A stretch of DNA of 64,000 bases from Coleofasciculus chthonoplastes F2-STO-03 (GTDB taxonomy: Bacteria > Cyanobacteriota > Cyanobacteriia > Cyanobacteriales > Coleofasciculaceae). The translations under genes were made by a program, and so were the position numbers. This document shows positions 37,017 through 48,967 of this stretch, one piece after another (position 1 is the first letter of the stretch; every line of letters starts with the position of its first letter). The notes beneath the pieces were generated by a model, which saw only the letters and a program-made list of their open reading frames with translations, did not search any database and was not told where the DNA came from. The stretch lies in NCBI GenBank assembly GCA_040222015.1, contig JAVJWO010000005.1, positions 16,823 to 80,822 of the forward strand, given 5' to 3'.

Positions 37017-39101
37017 ATGAATGAATCGATAACATTTTTACAAACAGGGCTACCCGAAGGTCCAATTGTTGCGTTTACTATCCTGCTGTTAGTCAGTTTA
37101 ACCATTCCGCCGTTGTTCGAGCGCCTGGGATTGCCTGGGTTAGTCGGATTACTGTTAGCAGGAGTCCTCTTGGGTTCCAATGGATTGCAGCTATTGGATG
37201 GTGACAGCGAAACCATGAAGCTGCTCTCCGATATTGGCAAAATTTACCTGATGTTTGTGGCTGGGCTAGAAATTGACTTAGTGCAGTTTCGCAAGAAGAA
37301 ACATCGGTCTTTAGTATTTGGATTGATGACCTTTATCGTACCACTCATCGTCAGTATGATGATTGGGCGATTATTTGGTTTTGGTTGGAATACTTCCCTG
37401 TTGATGGGGTCTTTATTTGCCTCCCATACTCTATTAGGGTATCCCATTGTTCAGCGCTTGGGGTTAGTTGAGAAAGAATCTGTTATTGTTACCATTGGCG
37501 CGACAATCTTTACTGATATCAGTGCGCTGCTTGTCCTAGCCATTTGTGTTTCGATTAATGCGGGAGAGTTTTCTCTCTATAGTTTATTCCAGCAATTGGT
37601 GGCACTAGCCATTTACACCGCCATCGTTTTATTTGGCTTTGACTGGGTGGGAAAGGAACACTTTCGGCGGACGGGAGATGATGAGGGGAATCAATTTTTG
37701 TTCGTACTCCTAGCTGTATTTCTGGCTTCGGTGGGGGCAGAAATTATTCAAGTTGATCAGATTGTCGGTGCCTTTATGGCAGGTTTGGCGGTTAATGATG
37801 TGGTGGGAAACTCACCCGTTAAAGATAAAGTGGAGTTTGTCGGTAGTGTTTTATTTATTCCCTTTTTCTTTGTAGACATGGGCTTACTCCTCGACATTCC
37901 CGTGTTTATCGAAAGCCTCACCACCAGTTTTTGGCTAACCCTAGCAATTGTCGTGGGATTACTGGGGAGCAAATTCCTCGCCGCCGCGATCGCAAAATTC
38001 CTCTATGATTACAGTTTGGACGAGATGATCGTAATGTGGTCCCTGTCTATCCCCCAAGTCGCCGCCACCCTAGCCGCCGCGTTGGTTGGCTTGCAGGTGG
38101 GGTTAATCACGGAAACCGTCTTTAACAGCGTCATTGTCTTGATGCTAATCACCTCAATCCTGGGTCCGTTATTAACCGGAAAATTTGCGCCGAAACTTCC
38201 TTTACCCAAAGCCAGTCCAAAAAGTAGACAGTCCAAACTTTGGTGGGAAAATCCTCGCTCTAAACCGATAGAGGAACAAGAGTCAGCTCCGTTTACGATA
38301 GTCGTACCTGTGAGCAAAAGTCAAACCAAGGGGTATTTAATGGAAATGGCAGCCCTGCTAGCGCGTCACCAATCCGGTCAAATTATACCCCTGTCCATCT
38401 CTCCAGCCCATACCTACATGGACGAACCCCAGATGCAGGTTAACCTGCGCCAAAGTCGGCGACTCTTAAACAAGGCACTAACAGTTAGTTCAGAATTTGA
38501 CGCCGAGGCAAAACCGATACTGCGAATTGAGAATGACATCGCCTCTGGAATTGTTCACACCGCCCGTGAACAAGATGCCAGTTTAATTGTCATGAGTTGG
38601 CGCAAAAATACAGGATTGCGGGCACGTTTGTTTGGTACGATTATTAATCGGGTATTTTGGGCATCTCACTGTCCAGTTGCGGTAATGCGACTCTTAGATG
38701 AACCTGTCAACCTGCGTAAAATTTTGGTACCCGCGAAGAACTTTTCGCCGCAAACCATACGCACAGTGAGGTTTGCTCAACTCCTAGCGGATACCCATCA
38801 AGGGGAGGTGAAATTACTGCACGTTTGTCCGACTAAAACGACACCTTCTGACATAGCGGCGATTGAAGACGAGTATATCAATATGTTGAATATCACAGGA
38901 GGGCAGGTAAAATCAGAGGTGCAAGTGATTAAAGCTGACGATGTGGCGCTGGCGATTTTGAAAGTAGCTAAGTTAGCGGATATGGTCATTTTGCGCTCTT
39001 TACGTCGCCGTACTATTGCGGGGTTAGCGGTAAGCGATATTACCACACAATTGATTAAGGAACTGACCTGCTCATTAGTGTTGTTTGGAGAACCGTATTG
39101 A
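37017..39101 (+). CDS. Cation:proton antiporter (CPA2) with C-terminal USP domains
   Basis: Multiple TM helices, LMFVAGLE.D, GAFMAGL, IPFFFV..G; USP-like C-terminus. Confidence 0.88.
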   Translation: MNESITFLQTGLPEGPIVAFTILLLVSLTIPPLFERLGLPGLVGLLLAGVLLGSNGLQLLDGDSETMKLLSDIGKIYLMFVAGLEIDLVQFRKKKHRSLVFGLMTFIVPLIVSMMIGRLFGFGWNTSLLMGSLFASHTLLGYPIVQRLGLVEKESVIVTIGATIFTDISALLVLAICVSINAGEFSLYSLFQQLVALAIYTAIVLFGFDWVGKEHFRRTGDDEGNQFLFVLLAVFLASVGAEIIQVDQIVGAFMAGLAVNDVVGNSPVKDKVEFVGSVLFIPFFFVDMGLLLDIPVFIESLTTSFWLTLAIVVGLLGSKFLAAAIAKFLYDYSLDEMIVMWSLSIPQVAATLAAALVGLQVGLITETVFNSVIVLMLITSILGPLLTGKFAPKLPLPKASPKSRQSKLWWENPRSKPIEEQESAPFTIVVPVSKSQTKGYLMEMAALLARHQSGQIIPLSISPAHTYMDEPQMQVNLRQSRRLLNKALTVSSEFDAEAKPILRIENDIASGIVHTAREQDASLIVMSWRKNTGLRARLFGTIINRVFWASHCPVAVMRLLDEPVNLRKILVPAKNFSPQTIRTVRFAQLLADTHQGEVKLLHVCPTKTTPSDIAAIEDEYINMLNITGGQVKSEVQVIKADDVALAILKVAKLADMVILRSLRRRTIAGLAVSDITTQLIKELTCSLVLFGEPY

Positions 39102-39283
39102 GTATTCCCAGAAACCGGGTTTGGAGTGAGAACGACAACTCTCATATCGGCATTTCATCCCCAGAAACCCAGTTTCTTGACCAATGCACTAGGTGTAGGG
39201 GAGGACGTCTGTGCATTGGTGTCAACTTAAGGTGAATCCCCACACTGTTATAGATAGGCGATATCATTGCTCATTTTAACAGG

Positions 39284-39390
39284 ATATAGCAATAGACACA
39301 TCGATTAGGACGTTCGGCACCATTGTAGAGACGCGCCATGGCGCGTCTCTACATAAATGATGTGTCCTAACAGCCATGGCGGTTGCTATA
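39284..39390. mobile_element. MITE-like element (TATAGCAA...TTGCTATA) enclosing the palindrome GTAGAGACGCGCCATGGCGCGTCTCTAC
   Basis: 39317-39368 is the exact reverse complement of 59828-59879 (52 bp). Confidence 0.7.
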
Positions 39391-39391
39391 A

Positions 39392-40273
39392 CTACTCAAG
39401 ATGTGGTTCATTATTGGGTTTGAGTTGAATAAAATATTGAATCATTTGCTGATAGTCTTTGCCGGCTACAGTAGCCACATTATCATGATCCGCATCAGGA
39501 ACCAGGAAGAGTTCTTTTGAACCTGTTATAGTATCAAATAAAACTTGGCTCATGTAAGCAGGTACAACGGGGTCATTTGTGCCATGAATTAAAAGAATCG
39601 GCATTTTAAGAGAAGGAACTTTGCTTTTCGAGTTAAACTTTTGCGTCAGCAGCAAATCAGCCGGAAATATAGCATATATTCTCTGATGATCGACCATATC
39701 CCGCATTGAGGTAAATGTACTTTCCACAATTAAACGGCGGATGCTGGGATTTCGTACCGCTAAATCGATCGCGATCGCGCCCCCTAGAGATTGACCATAT
39801 ACGACAATATCCTGGGGCGGAATACCCTGTTGCTGCACCAGATAATCCCACGCCGCTTGAGCATCTTGGTACACTTGGGTTTCAGTGGGAAACTTGCCCT
39901 CACTTTGACCATAGCCTCGGTAGTCAAATAACAAGACATCCAAACCTAATTGGTGAAATTCCATTGCCCGTTCGACATTCGCGCCGATATTCTCCCCATT
40001 CCCATGTAAATACAGCAGCACCCCGGTTTTGGGCGAGGTGGCGGGAATCCACCACCCATGGAGACGTTCTGACTGATTAGGAGACACAGGTATCCACACC
40101 TCCTGATAACTTAAGCCCAAGTCTTCTGGTGTAGTTTTAATGATCTTAGTGGGAACAAAAACTAGCCGATTTTGCCCTAACCAGATAGAGATACAGGCTA
40201 ACAGATAAACGATGGCGACAATTCCCGCTAGAATTAGGAACCTCTTTCCCAGAAATAAACTATAATTATTCAT
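39392..40273 (-). CDS. Alpha/beta hydrolase (ABHD13/Bem46-like)
   Basis: LHGNGEN, DYRGYG.S.G, GQSLGG, IHGTND, DADH. Confidence 0.88.
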   Translation of the reverse strand: MNNYSLFLGKRFLILAGIVAIVYLLACISIWLGQNRLVFVPTKIIKTTPEDLGLSYQEVWIPVSPNQSERLHGWWIPATSPKTGVLLYLHGNGENIGANVERAMEFHQLGLDVLLFDYRGYGQSEGKFPTETQVYQDAQAAWDYLVQQQGIPPQDIVVYGQSLGGAIAIDLAVRNPSIRRLIVESTFTSMRDMVDHQRIYAIFPADLLLTQKFNSKSKVPSLKMPILLIHGTNDPVVPAYMSQVLFDTITGSKELFLVPDADHDNVATVAGKDYQQMIQYFIQLKPNNEPHLE

Positions 40274-40475
40274 TCCCGTAATAGTCTCCCTGGGCAAATC
40301 AAAGCGTTAAACGACTACAAACTTGATGCTATTTTTGAATCACCGTGTTTTCCAATCAGGGCGGGTTGAGTCAAGTTATCGGTTTTCTCAATAATGTTAT
40401 CGGTCAAACCCGCCCCTACAAATTATATCTCCTTGCACCTGTAGCCCCTGTCCCCAGCCCCCCGGCACCTCTGCT

Positions 40476-41933
40476 CTATTTAAGCGGTGGTTGCTTGAGA
40501 TGCCAATCCGTAGACTGTTCGTAAGCGTAAGCGACTTGAAATACCTGTTCTTCGCCCAATACTTTTCCAATTAGTTGCATCCCAATGGGTAATCCTTGGT
40601 CATCAAATCCACAAGGAATACTCATTCCTGGTAATCCTGACAAGTTGACGGGAATTGTCATTAAGTCCGATAAGTACATGGTTAACGGATCTGAAATTTT
40701 TTCTCCGGCTTTAAATGCAGGAGTTGGGGCGGTGGGACAAACTAAAACATCCACCTTTTCAAAGGCTTGCTCGAAGTCTTGCTTAATTAGGGTACGAACT
40801 TTTTGCGCTTTGAGGTAATAGGCGTCATAATAGCCAGCAGATAGAGCATAGGTTCCCAACATAATCCGGCGCTTGACTTCCGCCCCGAACCCGGCGGCAC
40901 GAGTTTTCTTGTACATTTCCAAAAGATTTTCGGCTTCCGGCGTGCGAAACCCATATTTGACGCCATCGTAGCGAGCTAGGTTGGCTGAGGCTTCACTGGG
41001 AGCAATAATATAGTAGGCGGGCAACCCATAGCGAAATCGGGGACAAGAAATTTCTTGTACTTCAGCACCTAGGCTTTTGAGTTGATCAATGGCTTTTTGA
41101 ACGGTTTTGGCAATGACGGGATCTAAGCCTTCACCAAAGGTTTCTTTAATAATGCCAATTTTAAGACCTTTGGATTTTAAATCAGGTTGCAGGGACTTGG
41201 TGTAGTCGGGAATCTCCAGCTTGAGACTGGTTGAGTCATTCGGATCATAGCCTGCGATCGCGTTAAGTAAAATCGCCGCATCTTCTACGCTTCGTCCAAA
41301 CGGACCAATTTGATCCAATGACGACGCATAAGCGACTAACCCATAACGAGACACTAATCCATAAGTGGGTTTCATCCCAACAATCCCGCAGAATGATGCA
41401 GGGAGACGAATCGATCCCCCTGTATCCGAACCCAACGCTACTACACATTCGCTAGCCGCAACAGCCGCCGCCGAACCCCCAGAGGAACCCCCAGGAACGC
41501 GGGATAAGTCCCAGGGATTCGCCGTCTGTTGATAAGCAGAGGTTTCGCAGGAACTCCCCATGGCAAATTCATCCAAATTAGTTTTGCCCACCATGACAGC
41601 CCCCGCATCCTTAAGTTTTTGAGTCACGGTAGACTCATAAGGTGGGACGAAGTTTTCCAGGATACGAGAGGCGCAGGTGGTGGGAATACCCTGAGTACAC
41701 ATATTATCTTTGATGCCAATCGGAATCCCCGCTAACATGCTAATGTCTTCCCCCGCTGCGATTTTGGCATCCACTTGACGCGCCTGTTCAAGGGCATAGT
41801 CGGCTGTAATATGCAAAAAGCTATGGACTTTGGGTTCTAGCGCCTGAATGCGATCGAGGGCGTCTTGCGTGATTTCAACACTGGTGCGTTCTTTGTCGAT
41901 AAGTTGTTGGTGCAGCTCACGAATGGATGCCAT
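40476..41933 (-). CDS. gatA: Asp/Glu-tRNA amidotransferase subunit A
   Basis: [42 protein letters not shown]. Confidence 0.97.
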   Translation of the reverse strand: MASIRELHQQLIDKERTSVEITQDALDRIQALEPKVHSFLHITADYALEQARQVDAKIAAGEDISMLAGIPIGIKDNMCTQGIPTTCASRILENFVPPYESTVTQKLKDAGAVMVGKTNLDEFAMGSSCETSAYQQTANPWDLSRVPGGSSGGSAAAVAASECVVALGSDTGGSIRLPASFCGIVGMKPTYGLVSRYGLVAYASSLDQIGPFGRSVEDAAILLNAIAGYDPNDSTSLKLEIPDYTKSLQPDLKSKGLKIGIIKETFGEGLDPVIAKTVQKAIDQLKSLGAEVQEISCPRFRYGLPAYYIIAPSEASANLARYDGVKYGFRTPEAENLLEMYKKTRAAGFGAEVKRRIMLGTYALSAGYYDAYYLKAQKVRTLIKQDFEQAFEKVDVLVCPTAPTPAFKAGEKISDPLTMYLSDLMTIPVNLSGLPGMSIPCGFDDQGLPIGMQLIGKVLGEEQVFQVAYAYEQSTDWHLKQPPLK

Positions 41934-42020
41934 GCTTGTACCTATTTATACTGATTTACCATGTTTGCCTTTCGTATTTTGGCAAAAATTCACAGAAAAA
42001 GGGGTTGAGTCACCAAACCC

Positions 42021-42422
42021 CTACTTATTTTTTTGCGCCTGATAGGTCAAAAATTGTTGCAAAACTCCTACCGTTTCAAAATGGTAAGCGGGCAATAGGG
42101 GGCTGATATTAATATCGGTGCGGTAAATGCTGAAAATTACCCAGTTTTGTTGTTCAGTCTGCTGGTCAATAATTTGCTGAATTTGTGGGCGTCCCGTATC
42201 CACTAGGGATTGGCATTGACCTTTAAGGAATTCTGGATCAGGATTGAGAAACTCTAATTGCTTGGGGGTTTGAGTGCAGACTTCATCTTTGAGGTAGGTG
42301 CTGAGTTTTTCGACGGCGTACTCCTCATAGGATTCCTTACCCGGATTCGTCCACGCCAGTCCCACTCCTAGCACAACTAGCGCTGTTCCACTCAAGGCTG
42401 TAATAATTTTTAACGATTTCAT
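42021..42422 (-). CDS. DUF4359-like protein
   Basis: Hydrophobic N-terminus, TNP...YEEYA, N.VIFSIY.T, FETVGV. Confidence 0.7.
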   Translation of the reverse strand: MKSLKIITALSGTALVVLGVGLAWTNPGKESYEEYAVEKLSTYLKDEVCTQTPKQLEFLNPDPEFLKGQCQSLVDTGRPQIQQIIDQQTEQQNWVIFSIYRTDINISPLLPAYHFETVGVLQQFLTYQAQKNK

Positions 42423-42539
42423 GTCACTCCGTTAAGCCTCCATGGGTTATGACTTTCGCCTCTAACGTATGAGTTCCGGTAAATTGCCAAGAAATACTGG
42501 TGCAACTCACCGACTTGATGCTATACTAATAAACCGTAT

Positions 42540-42613
42540 GGCGAGCGTAGCCAAGAGGTTAAGGCAGTGGATTGTGGTTCCACCATTCGTGGGTTCGAGT
42601 CCCATCGTTCGCC
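42540..42613 (+). tRNA. trnH: tRNA-His (GTG)
   Basis: G-1, acceptor stem GCGAGCG/CGTTCGC, anticodon arm GTGGA-TTGTGGT-TCCAC, GGTTCGAGTCC T-loop; CCA not encoded. Confidence 0.95.
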
Positions 42614-42717
42614 CTAGTTTCAGAGAATGCAGTTTGCGGCTTCCTTAAACTTTCCTTATTGAAGGTAGTTTCGATCAAGTGATCACTCTTTGAGGTAGGG
42701 GAGAGGGAGCGATCACT

Positions 42718-43149
42718 TTATTCGTTGAATCGTGTTGCTTTTGGACTGACTTCAAACTGTAGCTGTGAGCGGTAAAAACAAACGTCAAACTCCATAAAGA
42801 AGTTGACTTGTCCTAAAATTAGCGGTACATTGGTCGCTTGAGTCCAAGCGAACACAAGTTGTACAGGTTCAAATTGTGCGATCGCGGCTTGAATAACCAC
42901 GGCACGAGCTTCATACTGCGCTAAGTTTCCCGTTAAGTTCAAAGTAGTTGTCTGTCGTTCCCACTCATATCCCAGTTCAACACCGATTGGATAAGGGAGT
43001 ACATTCACAGTTGCCCCTGTGTCTAGTAAACCGGATGTGGCGACAGACTGTTGCTGATAGAGCAGGGTGATGGGTAAATATGGACGAAAGCCAGCTTCAC
43101 CGAGTACCACATCAGCAGAGATAAAAGGATATCGCTGGGCGTTACGCAT
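42718..43149 (-). CDS. Retropepsin-like aspartyl protease
   Basis: LLDTGA motif and LILGQ.NFF. Confidence 0.75.
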   Translation of the reverse strand: MRNAQRYPFISADVVLGEAGFRPYLPITLLYQQQSVATSGLLDTGATVNVLPYPIGVELGYEWERQTTTLNLTGNLAQYEARAVVIQAAIAQFEPVQLVFAWTQATNVPLILGQVNFFMEFDVCFYRSQLQFEVSPKATRFNE

Positions 43150-43357
43150 TGTCTTGAGTTTTAGCCTCTTGTAGCACTTTTAGCATCCTGTCTGCTGCTT
43201 CAAATGCATTGTACGGTGACCAAACAGGATAGGATTGGTCAGGTTTGATCAGGTCTGTTTCTTGTTGGGCTAGCTCAGAGATCAAAACCTGCATGATGTA
43301 GAGCTTCTCTGCACGGTTAAGCCCTCGCAGGGTAGTGAGTAATTCGGCTGAAACCAT
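43142..43357 (-). CDS. Small hypothetical protein coupled to the aspartyl protease (antitoxin-like)
   Basis: 8-nt overlap with the downstream gene; L.RAEKL...Q.L..EL pattern. Confidence 0.65.
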   Translation of the reverse strand: MVSAELLTTLRGLNRAEKLYIMQVLISELAQQETDLIKPDQSYPVWSPYNAFEAADRMLKVLQEAKTQDNA

Positions 43358-43645
43358 GTCCCGCACTCCATGAGGTTAGGTATATCTTCCCTATCATATA
43401 GTGTTTTAGAGCTGAACGTTTGGACGGGACTTTTACAGAAGCGTTGTGTTAAAACATTTGTAAATCCGATGAGCGATCCCTTGAATTATCAAATTGAGGC
43501 TCTAATGGTGAGTAGTGATGGATATACAAAAATCTTTTGCAGTAGTTGACACCGTTAAAAAAGACTATACCGCAGTTGGGGTATAATTAGTAGTCATGCG
43601 GCAAAGCGAGCAGCTAGTGAATGTTTTGTAAATAGTTTAATCGAA

Positions 43646-44128
43646 GTGGAACCTGTAATAAAAATGCTTTGGGATGTAGAACCTCAGCAAATGTTGTATG
43701 TGACTGCTGCGGTTGCTGTCTACGCGGCAGTACTTTCCACTCTCAATTTTGTAAGGGAACAACGAAAAGATGAAATTCGGCTTAAAATCACAGCAAAAAA
43801 TGCACTTTTAGACCCGCCTATGCTTTTGGTCGAATCAATCTACATTGTGAACAATAGTTCCTTTGAAATAGAAATAACTTCTCTCGGATTTGCGCTTAAT
43901 TCGCAGGATAAGTTATTCTTCTTTCCAGATGCCGAGGACTTGCATAAACTACCCGATAGTATTCCGTCTAAAAAATCAAGAGATTATCTAATTCGAGTGG
44001 ATAGGATCAAGACCTTGTTGAAGTCTAATGGTATAAATAGGAAAATTAGTCTGAAACCATTTGTGACTGTAAATTCTAAGCATTTTTATGGCAAGCCTTT
44101 TTTGTTTGATCCTGAAGCAACTGTTTAA
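43646..44128 (+). CDS. AT-rich hypothetical protein with an N-terminal TM helix
   Basis: 160-aa ORF, visibly AT-rich, no HIP1. Confidence 0.6.
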   Translation: MEPVIKMLWDVEPQQMLYVTAAVAVYAAVLSTLNFVREQRKDEIRLKITAKNALLDPPMLLVESIYIVNNSSFEIEITSLGFALNSQDKLFFFPDAEDLHKLPDSIPSKKSRDYLIRVDRIKTLLKSNGINRKISLKPFVTVNSKHFYGKPFLFDPEATV

Positions 44129-44142
44129 ATGCTTAGACAATA

Positions 44143-44173
44143 CTAAAAGGGCGCAAGCCTTGCGCCCTTTTAG
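44143..44173. terminator. Bidirectional hairpin CTAAAAGGGCGCAAG-C-CTTGCGCCCTTTTAG
   Basis: Perfect stem with A and T tails between convergent genes. Confidence 0.7.
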
Positions 44174-44244
44174 TTGGGTGTACCGTTAGCACTTGAGAAC
44201 CGCAATAGCAATCTTAAATAGATTTTTGCAAAAAAAAGGTTACG

Positions 44245-46080
44245 CTATAAATTACGCTCAATCGCTCGATTCAGATTCCACGCCGCACTAATTAAAGACA
44301 CATGGGTAAACGCCTGGGGAAAATTACCCAAGGCTTCACCACTTGATCCCGTTTCCTCCGCATACAATCCTAAATGGTTGGCATAACTGAGCATCTGCTC
44401 AAAAATTAGTCGAGCGCTGTCAAGGCGCTTAGTGTCTACTTTTCCCGCCCTTGTCAACGCCTCAACTAGCCAGAATGTACAGAGATTAAACGTTCCTTCT
44501 GTTCCCGAAAGACCATCCGGCGCTTCTTCTGGATTATACCGATACACTAAACTATCGGAAACCAGTCCCCCTAGTTCTGGCGGGGAATTAATCGCATCCA
44601 GAGTTTTCAACATGCGAGGATCAGTGGGAGACATAAAGAAAACCAAGGGCATAATCAGATTACTGGCATCTAGGGACGTGCTACCGTAATATTGAACAAA
44701 AGCTTGACGCTCCTCACTCCATCCCTTTGCCATAATTTCTTCATAGATGCGATCGCGTTCCTTAAGCCATCGCTGGTGATCCGCCGGAAATGAGCGCTTT
44801 TGAGCCAACCGTAAGCCACGATCCAGCGCAACCCAACACATGAGATTAGAGTAAATATAATCCTTGCGTCCCCCGCGTGTTTCCCAGATTCCTTCATCTT
44901 GACGTTGCCAATTATCGCAAACCCAATTCAGTAACCGCCGTAGGGATCGCCACAAGTCATAGGAAATCGGGGTGCCATATTTGTTGAACAAATACACCGA
45001 ATCCATCAATTCGCCATAAATATCAAGCTGTAACTGCTTATAAGCCCCATTGCCAATCCGAACCGGGTAAGATCCCTTATACCCCTCAAGATGATCCAGA
45101 ATCTCTTCATCAAGATTATGATAGCCATCAATACCATACATAATCTGCAACGGATCATCGGAATCCAACTCCTGACAGCGATTTTCCAAGAACCGCATGA
45201 ACTGGGCGGCTTCCTCGGTAAACCCGATACGGAGTAAAGCATACAGGGTAAAGGATGCATCTCGAATCCAGATATAGCGATAATCCCAATTTCGGGAACC
45301 ACCAATCATTTCGGGTAAGCTGCAAGTCGGCGCTGCTATAATTGCTCCCGTGGGTTCGTAGGTGAGTAACTTCAACGCCAGGGCGGAACGTTCCACCGTC
45401 TCACGCCATCGACCTTCATAAGTACATTTGCCCATCCAGCGTCGCCAATACGCCACCGTATCGTCAAAGAGTTGCATCGCTTCTTGATGGCGAAGTGGCA
45501 AACTACACCCCCCATCCGTGTCAGTTTCTTGTATCACAAAAACGGCGGTTTGTCCAGACTCTAACGTAAATTCGGTGAAGACACCGCATTCATCTTGTTT
45601 TAAGGGAACATCCGTCACCAATCCCAAACTCAGAGACGGCGACTTAAAACACGCCCCCGTGGATGAGAGAATCGTCTCGTGGCGATCGCGGGCATAATTA
45701 AAAGCAGGATAGCATTCTAAGCGAAACTTCATCTTGCAGCGAACGACTCTTACTTGCCGCACTAACCAGTGATACCCTTGCTGATTCACAGGCATACCCA
45801 CAGGCATAAAATCAATAATCTCACCCACCCCACAAGACGCCAAGAAGCGAGTCACCAACACATTCGTTTCGGGCCAATATAACTGTTTATGAGTGACGCC
45901 ATCCACACAGGGAGCAATCTTAAAATGACCCCCTTTCTCAGCATCCAGTAACGCGGCAAAAACACTCGGGGAATCGTGTCTGGGAAAGCAAAACCAGTCA
46001 ATTGAACCCCCTAAGCCAACTAAGGCGGTGGTGTGCATATTGCCGATAATGCCGTAATTCTCGATAGATTGATATGCCAT
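44245..46080 (-). CDS. Glycoside hydrolase family 15 (glucoamylase/trehalase-like)
   Basis: [54 protein letters not shown]. Confidence 0.92.
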   Translation of the reverse strand: MAYQSIENYGIIGNMHTTALVGLGGSIDWFCFPRHDSPSVFAALLDAEKGGHFKIAPCVDGVTHKQLYWPETNVLVTRFLASCGVGEIIDFMPVGMPVNQQGYHWLVRQVRVVRCKMKFRLECYPAFNYARDRHETILSSTGACFKSPSLSLGLVTDVPLKQDECGVFTEFTLESGQTAVFVIQETDTDGGCSLPLRHQEAMQLFDDTVAYWRRWMGKCTYEGRWRETVERSALALKLLTYEPTGAIIAAPTCSLPEMIGGSRNWDYRYIWIRDASFTLYALLRIGFTEEAAQFMRFLENRCQELDSDDPLQIMYGIDGYHNLDEEILDHLEGYKGSYPVRIGNGAYKQLQLDIYGELMDSVYLFNKYGTPISYDLWRSLRRLLNWVCDNWQRQDEGIWETRGGRKDYIYSNLMCWVALDRGLRLAQKRSFPADHQRWLKERDRIYEEIMAKGWSEERQAFVQYYGSTSLDASNLIMPLVFFMSPTDPRMLKTLDAINSPPELGGLVSDSLVYRYNPEEAPDGLSGTEGTFNLCTFWLVEALTRAGKVDTKRLDSARLIFEQMLSYANHLGLYAEETGSSGEALGNFPQAFTHVSLISAAWNLNRAIERNL

Positions 46081-46168
46081 TGAATTATGAATGTTTAATG
46101 TTCAATTTTGAAGTTTAATCCACCGTCCCTTAATTAAGGAAAAATGACAAATGACAAATGACAAATGA

Positions 46169-48100
46169 CTATTCCCCAATTTCCGCCAATTCCAACCAAC
46201 GTTCTGTGGCTGTATCAATAGTATGAGTCAAGGTTTCTAATTTCTGATAAAGTTCTTGCACCTGATCCACTTTACCAGGAGATGAATTATACAGCGCTTT
46301 CTCCACCTCTGCCTTCTCCGCTTCCAGTTGGGGAATTTTATCCTCTAATTCTTCAAACTCGCGCCGTTCCCAATTAGAAAGCCGACGCGGTTTTCCATTA
46401 CCAGGCGATTGCGTTTTTAGGGTTTCCCCATTTGCCGACTTTTCTGATTTCTGTTGCATCTTAGCACTGGCTTCAGCCGCTGCTGCTGCTTCCGCTTCCT
46501 TGTAATCCAGATACACAGAATAGTTACCCGGATACTGACGCAGAATCCCTTCTAATTCTAAGGCAAAAATTTTGTTGACGGTGCGATCTAAAAAATAGCG
46601 ATCGTGAGATACCACAATCACACAGCCATTGAAATTTTCTAGATAATCTTCCAATACCGAAAGCGTTTGTACATCTAAATCATTGGTCGGTTCGTCCAAA
46701 ATTAGCACATTGGGAGCGCTCATTAAGACGCGCAACAAAAATAGGCGGCGCTTTTCTCCCCCAGACAGTTTATGAATAGGAACATATTGTTGATTCGGTG
46801 GAAACAGAAAACGCTCTAACATTTGTGATGCCGTAATCAGCGTTCCATCCCCAGCTTGCACATATTCTGCCACTTCTTTGAGGTAATCAATCACTCGTTG
46901 ATTTTGATTGCTTGCCGTTAGTAAATGATCAGAATGCTGATCAAAATAGCCGATATGAATCGTTGCGCCAATGTCAACCTCACCTGAATCTGGCTCAATC
47001 CGCCCAGTGATAATATCCATTAACGTGGATTTACCACTACCATTTTCGCCAATAATGCCAACCCGATCATCGGGACTAAATTCGTAGGTAAATTCTTGGA
47101 TTAACGTGCGATCGCCGTACCCCTTGGAGACATTCTCTAACTCAATGACTTTCTTGCCAATCCGACGACTGGCTGTGGAAATATCGACTTTGCCTTGAGC
47201 CTGTTTAAACTCTTGATCCTGCATCTGATGGATGCGATCAATTCGCGCTTTCTGCTTCGTACTCCGCGCTTTCGGACCTCGTTTCAGCCATTCCAACTCT
47301 CGCCGCAATACATTCTGATGTTTCCGTTCTTGACTGACGGCAGTTTCTTCGGCGAGGGCTTTTTTCTCTAAGTAGTAGGCATAGTTGCCATTGTAGGTAT
47401 AAATATCACCTCGGTCAATTTCAATAATCCGATTGGTGACTTGATCCAAAAAATAGCGATCGTGGGTAATTAATAGAATGGCTCCCGGATAGGATTTTAA
47501 ATATCCTTGTAACCATTCTACCGACATGGCATCTAAATGGTTGGTGGGTTCATCCATCAGTAACACATCGGGTTCTGATAGTAACGCTGTCGCCAAGGCG
47601 ATGCGCTTCCGATAACCTCCAGATAAATTGCCAATTGGTGTATCAAAGTCTTGAATTCCTAGTTTAGTGAGGATGACTTTGGCACTGGTTTCTAAATCCC
47701 AAGCACCTAGAGTTTCGATGCGCTGTGTCACCTGAGATAAACGTGCCATGACTTGTTTATCGTCTGAATTTCGTGCCAATTTGTGGGATAATTCCTCATA
47801 ATCCCGGATGAGTCTCATCTGTTCACCACTATCGGCAAAGATCTGTTCTAATACGGTACAATTTTCATCTAAGTTAGGTTGTTGGGGTAAGTAGGCAATT
47901 CTCGCGCCGGGATTGACCAGAAATTGACCACCATCAATGGGTTCGAGTCCAGCAATCATTTTTAATAGAGTGGATTTGCCTGATCCATTCGTACCGATTA
48001 AGCCGACTTTATCGGTAGTATCGAGGCTAAAGCTGGCATCTTTGAGGATTTCTTTAATGCCAAAATCTTTTTTAACGGATTGCAGCGTGAAGATACTCAT
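46169..48100 (-). CDS. uup: ABC-F family ATPase (Uup-like)
   Basis: Two ABC domains (GTNGSGKST, GENGSGKST, LSGG, DEPTN), PKARSTKQKARI linker, C-terminal coiled coil. Confidence 0.88.
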   Translation of the reverse strand: MSIFTLQSVKKDFGIKEILKDASFSLDTTDKVGLIGTNGSGKSTLLKMIAGLEPIDGGQFLVNPGARIAYLPQQPNLDENCTVLEQIFADSGEQMRLIRDYEELSHKLARNSDDKQVMARLSQVTQRIETLGAWDLETSAKVILTKLGIQDFDTPIGNLSGGYRKRIALATALLSEPDVLLMDEPTNHLDAMSVEWLQGYLKSYPGAILLITHDRYFLDQVTNRIIEIDRGDIYTYNGNYAYYLEKKALAEETAVSQERKHQNVLRRELEWLKRGPKARSTKQKARIDRIHQMQDQEFKQAQGKVDISTASRRIGKKVIELENVSKGYGDRTLIQEFTYEFSPDDRVGIIGENGSGKSTLMDIITGRIEPDSGEVDIGATIHIGYFDQHSDHLLTASNQNQRVIDYLKEVAEYVQAGDGTLITASQMLERFLFPPNQQYVPIHKLSGGEKRRLFLLRVLMSAPNVLILDEPTNDLDVQTLSVLEDYLENFNGCVIVVSHDRYFLDRTVNKIFALELEGILRQYPGNYSVYLDYKEAEAAAAAEASAKMQQKSEKSANGETLKTQSPGNGKPRRLSNWERREFEELEDKIPQLEAEKAEVEKALYNSSPGKVDQVQELYQKLETLTHTIDTATERWLELAEIGE

Positions 48101-48304
48101 TAAATTTCTAACTTGATCCTATTTATAAATTTGCCCTGTTTATTGATTAATTGATGGGAAAACAGTTTCTTGATATTATCCCTCATCCTTATTTTCACGC
48201 TAACACGTTCAAATTAAATTCGCGATCGCAACACAGATAGCTCCCCGACAACTCCTACGAAGTCGGGGAGCTTGCTTAAGGCTGTAGTAAGTTGACACGG
48301 ATGG

Positions 48305-48766
48305 CTATGTCTCCTCCCCGATTCTGCTGCACTCGGTTTGTGTCACCTGATGGCGATAGCTAAATAGTTGTTCGAGTTGCGCGTCTACCCACCAACCCAG
48401 TAGCATCTCGACTAGCCATCCTCCAGGTAATCCATATTCAATCCTATCGGTTAAGCGGGTTTTGCCTACTTCTGAACTAAATTGGTGGCGATGAACCCAA
48501 TACGCCATCGGTCCTTCCTGCTGTTTATCGGTAAAGATGGAATAGGGTTCACATTCGGTGTGAATCGCTACCCATCGCAGCGGAATTGGACCAAAAAACA
48601 GGCGAAATTCCGAAATCGCCCCCACACCTAACCCACCTTCGCGACGTACAACTTGAACAGGTTGCCAAGGCGGAGTAAGTCGTTCTAGAATATCTGGACG
48701 CTCGTGAAAGCTCCAGACAACCTCCACGGGTGCGTTAATGACCGTGGACTTGCTATAGTGCAGCAT
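48305..48766 (-). CDS. SRPBCC family protein
   Basis: INAPVEVVW.FH, LTPPW, F.D.Q..GP...W.H.H.F. Confidence 0.85.
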   Translation of the reverse strand: MLHYSKSTVINAPVEVVWSFHERPDILERLTPPWQPVQVVRREGGLGVGAISEFRLFFGPIPLRWVAIHTECEPYSIFTDKQQEGPMAYWVHRHQFSSEVGKTRLTDRIEYGLPGGWLVEMLLGWWVDAQLEQLFSYRHQVTQTECSRIGEET

Positions 48767-48967
48767 ACAACCATTATCACTGATTTGTCGGCTTGATTAA
48801 GAGCAAGCTGAACTTGACACGATCTAGGGTATCGTGATGTGAGGCACATAAGTTTTGTCTAAGTTCAGTATCAAGTTACACAATACGTCAACGCGATCGC
48901 TAACATCTCGTTTTCATACTGAAAACAGCACAGCAAACCGCGTTGAAAACAGGGAATTGGGGGATTT

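Noticed and set aside
42614..44240. Prophage or integrative element at tRNA-His
   Set aside because: No integrase, no phage genes and no attR duplication found
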